A model generated the notes under the pieces. The model was not told where the DNA came from and ran no database searches. It was given only the letters and a program-made list of their open reading frames with translations. A DNA stretch of 31,253 nt, taken from positions 1 through 31,253 of IMG/VR virus record IMGVR_UViG_3300043932_000191; one strand, written 5' to 3'. How positions within the stretch are numbered: the first letter of the stretch is position 1; every line of letters begins with the position of its first letter. Shown one piece after another: positions 18,400 through 25,553 of this stretch. Position numbers and translations under genes: made by a program. The DNA is from a virus (lineage: Duplodnaviria; Caudoviricetes).

Positions 18400-19545
18400 T
18401 TACCTGCTTTCCGTTTTCGTGAATTCGGTTTGTGCGCTGTGGATTTCCAGCGCGGGTCGTTTATCGCTCTCGGGCACGAGCGTCGGCTTACCCACGGGCT
18501 TGACCACGAGGTCGCCGAGCACCTCGGTGAAGGTCTTCTTGCCCATGAGGCGTTCCATCGCCGTGAGCGTGATGAGCCTTTTGTCGTAGATATCGGCGTA
18601 CCCGGCGGCCACGGCCGCCTCGGCGACGGCGTTCTCGTCGGTGTATTTGCGGACAGACCGGCCGGCGACGAGCTTGAACCCGTCCCACGTCTTCCCCTGG
18701 TTCACCGCCTGGGAGAGCGCGTAGGCCTCCACATCCGCAGCCCACGTTTTGAGCTGTGGAATCCTCGCAAGGACATCCGCAAGCTCGCTGTCGGCCAGCT
18801 CGGACGGCGACGCAAACTCGAGCTTCGCGAGCGCGAGGTTGGCTTCGGCTCGTGCCCGGCAGGTCGGTGCGATGCGGCAGAACTGGCACCACGAGCCAGG
18901 ACAGAACTCGCCCCCGCCCGCCGCAGCCAGTTCGGCTTTCGGCTTCACCACGGTCTCAGCCCAGCTCTCCAGGTCTGCTACGGAGGTTTCCCAGGTGTCG
19001 ACGTTGCCTCGCCGGGGCTGATATATCGTCACCGCCAGTGTCTCAATGTCATACAGATCACCGAAGCTGCGCAGCGCACCCAGCGCGTACAACATGAGCT
19101 GCGGGTTGTGCTCGGCTTCAACCAACACGCCCTGCCCGTACTTCAGATCGATGATCTGCAGCTTGGGTTCGGCGATGATCACACAGTCACCGGTGCCGAA
19201 CCCGCCCGGCACGACGTGTGAGAAGTCGAGGCGCTGCTCGATGAGCACCTGCGGATCACCACAGGTCTCCCGCGCTAGCGAGATGTGTTCCCGAACGAAG
19301 GCGACGTAGTCATCGGTCAGGCTCTCCATCTCATCGTCAATCCAGTCGGATTCCGGTTTGAAGGTCGGTGCCTGGTGGAGGGAACGGCGGAGCTTCCACT
19401 CCGCGAGGGCGTGTGCGACGGTGCCCTGCTCGGCAGCCGCCGACGACGAGTCCGGCTCACGAGATTCGAGGACTGCGCTGGGTGGGCAGTTCAGCCACCT
19501 GTGCGCGCCCGACGCCGACAACAGCGCGTGATCACTCGGAGCCAT
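18400..19545 (-). CDS. DUF2800 PD-(D/E)xK (Cas4-like) exonuclease
   Basis: HALLSASGAHRWLNCPPS, GFGTGD, IIDLKYG, QLMLYALG, WCQFC...C. Confidence 0.9.
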   Translation of the reverse strand: MAPSDHALLSASGAHRWLNCPPSAVLESREPDSSSAAAEQGTVAHALAEWKLRRSLHQAPTFKPESDWIDDEMESLTDDYVAFVREHISLARETCGDPQVLIEQRLDFSHVVPGGFGTGDCVIIAEPKLQIIDLKYGQGVLVEAEHNPQLMLYALGALRSFGDLYDIETLAVTIYQPRRGNVDTWETSVADLESWAETVVKPKAELAAAGGGEFCPGSWCQFCRIAPTCRARAEANLALAKLEFASPSELADSELADVLARIPQLKTWAADVEAYALSQAVNQGKTWDGFKLVAGRSVRKYTDENAVAEAAVAAGYADIYDKRLITLTAMERLMGKKTFTEVLGDLVVKPVGKPTLVPESDKRPALEIHSAQTEFTKTESR

Positions 19546-19939
19546 CAGCCAGCTCCTTCGCCTTAGCGAGCAGCCACCCGTACTTGGACGGGTCAACCGC
19601 CGACAGCTTGTCCGCGCCGGTAGCGACAATCAGTTCGCGCACCTGCTCGGTGAGCCCTTGGCTGGAGAGCCCGGCGAGGAGTCCACGCACCTGCGCCAAC
19701 GACACAGGCTCAGGTGCCGGTTCGGGTGCCTGTTGGTGGGTGGCCTCGTACTCGGCGGCGGCCTGCTCTAGGTCGGGCTGTACCAACTGTGCGGCTGCGA
19801 TCGGACGCGCACCGGGCATCCCGGCGTGATCCTCGAACCCTTCCCACGCGGTCTCCTCAATTGCGGCGGCGAGCATGGTGACGCCTTCGGCGATTCGGTT
19901 CAAAGCCAAGATGCGCTTGTTCGAGTCGGTGACGGTCAT
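19532..19939 (-). CDS. Phage hypothetical protein typically found upstream of DUF2800
   Basis: C-terminal SLAQVRGLLA...GADKLSAVDPSKYGWLL; overlaps both neighbours. Confidence 0.75.
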   Translation of the reverse strand: MTVTDSNKRILALNRIAEGVTMLAAAIEETAWEGFEDHAGMPGARPIAAAQLVQPDLEQAAAEYEATHQQAPEPAPEPVSLAQVRGLLAGLSSQGLTEQVRELIVATGADKLSAVDPSKYGWLLAKAKELADGSE

Positions 19940-20181
19940 ACGGCATCACCACCCTTGCGGGTGACGCTGATCGCATCTGCCAACGCCATCAGATCGTCGG
20001 CTGGTTCCACGATCTCGACGGAGCCAACTTGGTTTCCTGGCACAAGCACGGTGACCCGCTGATTGCGGCCCAAAAGCTTGGCCAGGAGGCGTTCGCGCAG
20101 GCTAACCGTGCGGGTGGAGACGAGCGCATCGGCGGCGGGCTCATCGGAGAGATTGATGCGAAGCTTGTGCTTTCCCACCAT
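19936..20181 (-). CDS. Phage hypothetical protein (MVGKHKLRINLS...)
   Basis: VSLRERLLAKLLG...VTVLVPGNQVGSVEIVE; RBS AAAGGGG; ATGA-coupled to the next gene. Confidence 0.75.
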   Translation of the reverse strand: MVGKHKLRINLSDEPAADALVSTRTVSLRERLLAKLLGRNQRVTVLVPGNQVGSVEIVEPADDLMALADAISVTRKGGDAV

Positions 20182-20244
20182 GACTGTTTCCCCTTTCTGG
20201 AGAGCTGATAGGTTCCGCAAGCCGCCTGCCGTTGGTGGGGCTTG

Positions 20245-20283
20245 CACCTATACGTCCCTCAGGGAGTCGAGATCCGGACGGGT
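20245..20283 (-). promoter_or_regulatory. Candidate phage-sigma promoter for the replication operon
   Basis: ACCCGTCCGGAT-N17-CGTATAGGTG overlapping the end of the sigma-like gene. Confidence 0.55.
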
Positions 20284-20910
20284 GTGACCGAACTTCTTGT
20301 GGATGCGCTTCAGAGCACGGTTTACGGAGTTGCGCACTGCATCGGCAAACTTGTTGATCTCGGCCTGGTCCGCGTCGGGATGTTCCAGGCGGGCGATGTC
20401 GGCGTAGGAGAGTTCTTCGCCCAGCGACAACGTGATGTACTTGCGTTGCTGATCGGTCAGCGGCAGCAGGATCTCTGCGACCGCCTTCTCAGCGACGGCT
20501 GCATCCGTCTGGCGAATCAACTGGAATTCGGGATCGAACGCCTCACCCTCCCGCACCAACGCCTGCACATATTCACGCCGTAGCCGCTTGGTGCGGCGCT
20601 CCGGGTCGAGGAGGTCGTCTTCGCTCCCGAACTCGGACTGGTTGCCCCGGCTTCGCCGCTTGCGGGCGTTCTCACTGTCACGGAAGCTCTGATAGGCGTC
20701 CTCAAGCCACATCACCTTCCATGCCGGGAGGAAATCTGGGTCAAGGATCTGGTCGCGGAACTCTTGATCGTCTGGGAAGTCGATGAGCTCGACCCAGGCG
20801 TATCCGCGCTTGGATGGCAGGTAAACCTGCCAATGGTCATGACCCTGAGAGTCGGTCTTGCAGCGGCTCTCGTACGGGCGAGGTTGTGGTTGAGAAGTAG
20901 GTGTAGCCAC
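20248..20910 (-). CDS. Sigma-70 region 4-like (ECF-type) phage regulator
   Basis: LTDQQRKYITL...LSYADIARLE...AVRNSVNRALKRIHK HTH; GTG start with RBS GAAGGGAG. Confidence 0.75.
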   Translation of the reverse strand: MATPTSQPQPRPYESRCKTDSQGHDHWQVYLPSKRGYAWVELIDFPDDQEFRDQILDPDFLPAWKVMWLEDAYQSFRDSENARKRRSRGNQSEFGSEDDLLDPERRTKRLRREYVQALVREGEAFDPEFQLIRQTDAAVAEKAVAEILLPLTDQQRKYITLSLGEELSYADIARLEHPDADQAEINKFADAVRNSVNRALKRIHKKFGHTRPDLDSLRDV

Positions 20911-21125
20911 GGTGGGCTCCCTTCGAAATGAAGGGAGACCCGTTCAGAGGTATGAAGTTGTGCCGGTCAGCAGGGAGGCGTTCAAGGGACAGCGAAGGCG
21001 GGCACCTACGAATAGATGCCCGCCGACGTGCCTCGAACGGATCTCCCGATGAACGGTTGACCACCGTGCTCGATCACAGCTCGGCGTTGCAGGAGGCTTG
21101 GCCACGGGTGTGGCCGAGCCTCCTT
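20911..21125 (-). promoter_or_regulatory. Structured 5' leader RNA of the sigma-like gene
   Basis: 12-bp stem with UUCG loop (20997-21024), stem 21092-21123, long-range pairing 20933-20950 with 21031-21047, RBS hairpin 20917-20937. Confidence 0.55.
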
Positions 21126-21269
21126 GGCAAGACCCGCGCTGTCGACCGCCCAAGCCTCACCAATAGGTGTGATCCAGCAACGAGATGGATGGTCTGACCA
21201 TGGCCACCCACGTGACTGGATCAGGAGACACGGCGGAACATCTCTACCGTCTACCGAAGGGCTCTTGTA

Positions 21270-21302
21270 GACTGGTTTCCTAGGAATTGATGGGAACCAG
21301 TC
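21270..21302. promoter_or_regulatory. Inverted repeat (operator-like) in the divergent intergenic region
   Basis: GACTGGTTTCC-N11-GGGAACCAGTC, 10 of 11 positions match. Confidence 0.45.
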
Positions 21303-21365
21303 GGAATCCCTCCGGCGGTTGGCAGGGCGTGTGCTCTACCGCGTCGCCTTACTTACAACCGTGGA

Positions 21366-21421
21366 GTTCGCAAGGTTCGGCAACAACAGTTCGGCAGGGT
21401 TCGCAAGGTTCGGAAGGTTCG
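21366..21421 (+). repeat. Six GTTCG direct repeats upstream of ORF A
   Basis: GTTCG at 21366, 21375, 21389, 21399, 21408 and 21417; GTTCGCAAGGTTCGG occurs twice. Confidence 0.8.
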
Positions 21422-21444
21422 GGATTTGCCTGAAAGGAGCGCTC

Positions 21445-22344
21445 TTGGCTGTTCATGACTGTGATCGGCTCACTGGCGGCACTTTCATGCTCCTCTGCGA
21501 GGCGGCCAGACGCCCTTCGGGTAAGGCTCGCGATTCCTTGGCCGGTAAATCTGACGGACTCAACAATCGAGAATTGCTGAAAACACTTATTGAAGTATTT
21601 GCCCCCGGCTATCCAGAACCTGCCGGTTCGACTTTCCCGCAGAATGTGTCGGAGTACCGTGCCTGCAAGATCGCAAAGGGAACATACTTGCCTTTCGACC
21701 GACTTGATCTTGTCGCCGCTTTTGACCGGCAGGTGCGGGAAGAATATGCAACCCCTTTAGGGTGTATGTCGGAGTTCATCGACCGGTTCATCGATGTCGA
21801 AAACCGTGGTACCCAGCTTGCAGGTTCACTCATCGGTCTGATTGCAGCCGACCACACAATTCCCGATGAGCAAGAATTATTCGTCAACGACGACGGACTC
21901 CCGGCGCACAAATCTGACCTAGCTACGGCGACAAGCGTCGAATTGGATGCGCTCCTTTTGGGTGCTTGGCACTACGTAATCACCAACGTGCCCGACAACA
22001 CGCTTGGTCGAGACACGTTCGAGCGGTGGCATGAAAAACCAGCCATCCCTAACAGCAAGTGGAAGCTACGCGCCGATGCGTTGCCGAGCCTAGAGCGAGC
22101 GATATCTGTCTTCCGCAGCGTCGGTACCAAAGACACAACAAACACGGCGAGCGACGTCTCAGAGGTTATAGAGGCTGAATTCGTCACGGACGAAGAAGAA
22201 TCCCACACTGGATCAGCATTCGCCGACGACTCCAAATCGTCAACGAACCAGTCTGAAGCGACACGTGTTGTGGTCTTTCAGGGCGGAACGAACAACACGA
22301 ACATCGGCCATGTCGAAACTTTGAACTTAGGACGGTGGTCGTGA
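21445..22344 (+). CDS. ORF A: unknown protein (299 aa) with a C-terminal Q/N/G-rich motif
   Basis: TTG after RBS GAAAGGAG; globular-looking N-terminal part, then an acidic S/T linker, then VFQGGTNNTNIGHVETLNL. Confidence 0.8.
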   Translation: MAVHDCDRLTGGTFMLLCEAARRPSGKARDSLAGKSDGLNNRELLKTLIEVFAPGYPEPAGSTFPQNVSEYRACKIAKGTYLPFDRLDLVAAFDRQVREEYATPLGCMSEFIDRFIDVENRGTQLAGSLIGLIAADHTIPDEQELFVNDDGLPAHKSDLATATSVELDALLLGAWHYVITNVPDNTLGRDTFERWHEKPAIPNSKWKLRADALPSLERAISVFRSVGTKDTTNTASDVSEVIEAEFVTDEEESHTGSAFADDSKSSTNQSEATRVVVFQGGTNNTNIGHVETLNLGRWS

Positions 22345-22991
22345 TGGTCAGCAAGAGTGTCGAACCACGCCAGCCAAGTGCCGTGCCCGAGATTCATAGG
22401 GTGACTCAAGCCGGTCACCACAATACGAACATTGCTCACGTCGAGCGCGTGATCATGCCGATGGTGTTCGCCCCGTCTGCCGCCTCGTCGAACACGGCGT
22501 CAGGGACGACTCGGCAGCTAGACTCAAGCTGCTATCACCTGTTCGTCATTGCAGGTGAGGACTTTGAGACAGATCGTTTCCTGGTTGATCCAACCCGGGC
22601 ACTCACCGAATATACTGCGCCCGAACTGAAGGAGCGGTATCAGCATCTACAACCGGAAATCCTCCATGAACTGGGGAGCTATCCAGCATTGTTCATGGCA
22701 GAAAACGGCGCTATAGGGCACGCCCTCGATGGCCAGCAAGCCTGGTTTGGAATCATCAACAGCATTCGCGTTCAAGACAACGGGATACGCATCGGGTTCC
22801 AGAAGATTCACGCAATCTCGCAGCAAGCCCTGAACGACAACAGTAACCACTTTGGCATTCAGACATACGGCCGGATTAGCGAGTTGAATCGCACCCACTG
22901 GGCACTGAAACGAGTCAATCTTTTCGAAGGTTTTAACGATTCCGGAATCAACTACCTCCCTTACGCGATTACACAAGGAGGCGTCTCGTAA
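22344..22991 (+). CDS. ORF B: unknown protein (215 aa) with the matching N-terminal motif and an ELNRTHWALK-type domain
   Basis: TGATG overlap with ORF A; VTQAGHHNTNIAHVERVI, an S/T/A linker, then YHLFV...RALTEY...YPALF...ELNRTHWALKRVNL. Confidence 0.8.
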   Translation: MVSKSVEPRQPSAVPEIHRVTQAGHHNTNIAHVERVIMPMVFAPSAASSNTASGTTRQLDSSCYHLFVIAGEDFETDRFLVDPTRALTEYTAPELKERYQHLQPEILHELGSYPALFMAENGAIGHALDGQQAWFGIINSIRVQDNGIRIGFQKIHAISQQALNDNSNHFGIQTYGRISELNRTHWALKRVNLFEGFNDSGINYLPYAITQGGVS

Positions 22992-23215
22992 TGGCTACAA
23001 CAATCGACAAGCTATCGGAGAACTATCCGGAAAAGTGGGTGAATATCGAAGATGTCGCCGAGCACTTGAGCCTCAGTAAGGACACGGTGCGGAACTGGAT
23101 GAAAGAAGGACGGCTCCCTCAATATAAGGTCGGGAAGATGTACAAGTTCAAACTGTCAGAAATTGACGAACTCGTCCGTGCAGGAAAACTGGCTGAAGGA
23201 GACACGCGTGGGTAA
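22991..23215 (+). CDS. HTH_17 excisionase/BldC-like DNA-binding protein
   Basis: WVNIEDVAEHLSLSKDTVRNWMKEGRLPQYKVGKMYKFKLSEID. Confidence 0.88.
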   Translation: MATTIDKLSENYPEKWVNIEDVAEHLSLSKDTVRNWMKEGRLPQYKVGKMYKFKLSEIDELVRAGKLAEGDTRG

Positions 23216-25553
23216 GCATCCATCAGAAATCCTCAGTCTGACCCTCAACGAGGCGACCTTCCACAACGAGACAGTGCCGCTTGCTGCAGTGAACTTCTTC
23301 TTCGGAAACAACGGCACCGGGAAGACAACCCTCGCCCGCTCACTCAAGACTGGTGCCGGGGTAGCTTGGAATCCTGAACGTCAAGCCGGCGACTACACAC
23401 ATCACCTCTATGACCGCACTTTTGTCGAAGATAATCTACGGTCATCTTCACAGCTCGCCGGGGTATTCACTCTCGACGAGCAAAACATTCAAGTTGAAGA
23501 CCAGATCGCACAAGCATCCAGGCAGCTAGACGAACAGCGGACCCGCCGTAACAAAGCAAGCGAGCAACGAGACGAAAAGAACCAAGCCCTTACCGCTCTC
23601 ACTGAGAAGATGGCTGGCACCTGTTGGGATAAGACCGCCAGCATCCGAACCCGGTTCCCCGCGACCCAAGAAGGCAAGAAAAAGAGCAAGCAGAAGTTCT
23701 TTGACGAGGTTCTTTCGCAACAAACCGCGAAGGAACACGACCTGGAAGACATCAACAAGCTCTACAACGTCGCTTTCGACATCGAGGCACGCACCTATCC
23801 GAGGCTTGCAGCTCTGCGTGACGAGATACCCGACAGCGACCTCCTCGGCAAGGCCATCACCAGTAGTGCCGATACCGCTTACGCACAGTTCGTGAGGAGC
23901 CTTGGCGCACTGGGTTGGATCGAGCAAGGTCATGCAGCCTACGCGGCCGAAGCCGGAGACACGTGCCCCTACTGTGCGCAAACGCTTCCCGAGAACTTTG
24001 AGGAACAGCTGGCAGCAAGTATTGACGACTCGTATCGGGCAGACGTCACAGCGCTGAAAGAGTTCGCCAGCCACTACCAGGCCGTAACAAACGCTCTTCT
24101 GGCAACACAGAAGAGTCACCAGTTGACCGACCTGATGCCCGGGTCGGATTTGGCTGAGTACGACACGCAGCTTGAGCTACTGCGTGTCACGGTAGAAGCG
24201 AACCTGAAAACCTTGGATGCGAAGATCCAGCAGCCTGCCAAGAGCGTCACACTGGAACCCATTCGCCCAGTGGTTGAGGAGATCAATCGACTGATCGCTC
24301 AGGCGAATACCCAGATTGACGAGCACAACACGGTGGTCAGCAACCAGCGGTCTCAGCAACAGCTCTGTACCCAACAGGTCTGGGAACGCCTCGCCTTCGA
24401 CTTGGGCGAAAAGCTCACCGCCTATCGCAGCGAAAAGACGTCCCTGGAATCGCAGATCGACGACCTGAAGAAGGAAGAGGCCGCAGCCGACCAACGCGTC
24501 CGTGAACTCGAGCAGGAAATCAAGGATCTGACGAAACAGACCGTCAACACGGCCCAAACGATGACGACCATCAACAAGCTACTGCACGACTCCGGCTTCG
24601 AAGGGTTCAAACTTAGAGAAAAACCTTCCACGCCGAACGTGTACGAAGTCATTCGAGCAAACGGCGAGATCGCCGACCGGCTTTCAGAAGGCGAACGAAA
24701 CTTCATCGCCTTCCTCTACTTCTACTTCCAACTCCAAGGAAGCCTCACCAGCACCGGCGAGATCAAAGACAAAATCGTCATCATCGACGACCCCGTCTCC
24801 TCCATGGACACCGGCGCACTATTCATCGTCGCAGCACTCGTACGCGAGCTCGTCAACATTACCCTCAACAACTGGGGCCCACCCACCAGCACCAGCGGGC
24901 GCGATCACATCAAACAGATCTTCGTCCTCACCCACAACGCCTACTTCTTCAAAGAAGCCACCTACAACAGAGTCTCCGACTACAAGCACGTCTCGTACTA
25001 CCTCATCCGCAAACACGACAACGTCTCGTCAGTGCTGACCTGCGTCCGCAACCGCCACGACGCGCCATCACTCAAAGAAAACTACTCGCCGGTCACCAAC
25101 GCCTACGCCACCTTGTGGCAGGAATACAAGGAAGTCAGCAGCTCATCGACACTGCTCAACGTCATGCGCCGAATCCTCGAACACTACTTCCTCCAGCTAT
25201 GCGGACACGACGGAGCCAGCCTCAGAACCCACATCCTCGAAGACCACCGAGACAAGTTCATCAAGGTAGGCGAAGACGACAGCGAAGATCTTACCGATCT
25301 GCGCCAGGCCGAATCGATCCTCGCCTACATCAACCACGAGATGACTGGTCTTGGCGACGACACCTTCTACATCGAACACGCTGCCGACCCGGAAACATGC
25401 CGCCGCGTCTTCCACCGCATCTTCACCCTCATGGGGCAAGAACAGCACTACAACATGATGATGCACCAATCAGCAGACCTAAACGCCCCTTCCAAACCGG
25501 TGGGTGCACAACAAACAAAAATTCCGACCATTCAGGAAGAGGCCGCACGATGA
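23208..25553 (+). CDS. RloC-like (AAA_13) ABC ATPase with coiled coil, zinc hook and C-terminal HEPN-like region
   Basis: GNNGTGKT, CPYC, LSEGE, IIDDPVSSMD, LTHN, NVMRRILEHYF; GTG after AAGGAG. Confidence 0.85.
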   Translation: MGKHPSEILSLTLNEATFHNETVPLAAVNFFFGNNGTGKTTLARSLKTGAGVAWNPERQAGDYTHHLYDRTFVEDNLRSSSQLAGVFTLDEQNIQVEDQIAQASRQLDEQRTRRNKASEQRDEKNQALTALTEKMAGTCWDKTASIRTRFPATQEGKKKSKQKFFDEVLSQQTAKEHDLEDINKLYNVAFDIEARTYPRLAALRDEIPDSDLLGKAITSSADTAYAQFVRSLGALGWIEQGHAAYAAEAGDTCPYCAQTLPENFEEQLAASIDDSYRADVTALKEFASHYQAVTNALLATQKSHQLTDLMPGSDLAEYDTQLELLRVTVEANLKTLDAKIQQPAKSVTLEPIRPVVEEINRLIAQANTQIDEHNTVVSNQRSQQQLCTQQVWERLAFDLGEKLTAYRSEKTSLESQIDDLKKEEAAADQRVRELEQEIKDLTKQTVNTAQTMTTINKLLHDSGFEGFKLREKPSTPNVYEVIRANGEIADRLSEGERNFIAFLYFYFQLQGSLTSTGEIKDKIVIIDDPVSSMDTGALFIVAALVRELVNITLNNWGPPTSTSGRDHIKQIFVLTHNAYFFKEATYNRVSDYKHVSYYLIRKHDNVSSVLTCVRNRHDAPSLKENYSPVTNAYATLWQEYKEVSSSSTLLNVMRRILEHYFLQLCGHDGASLRTHILEDHRDKFIKVGEDDSEDLTDLRQAESILAYINHEMTGLGDDTFYIEHAADPETCRRVFHRIFTLMGQEQHYNMMMHQSADLNAPSKPVGAQQTKIPTIQEEAAR

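Noticed and set aside
17601-20273. 13-bp inverted match ATCTCGACTCCCT at 17601-17613 and 20261-20273
   Set aside because: Several 13-bp matches are expected by chance in 31 kb, and the two contexts differ.
25115-25549. 145-aa N-terminal extension of Mod in the ORF track
   Set aside because: It overlaps the ATPase gene out of frame. The real start is ATG 25550, with an RBS and ATGA coupling.
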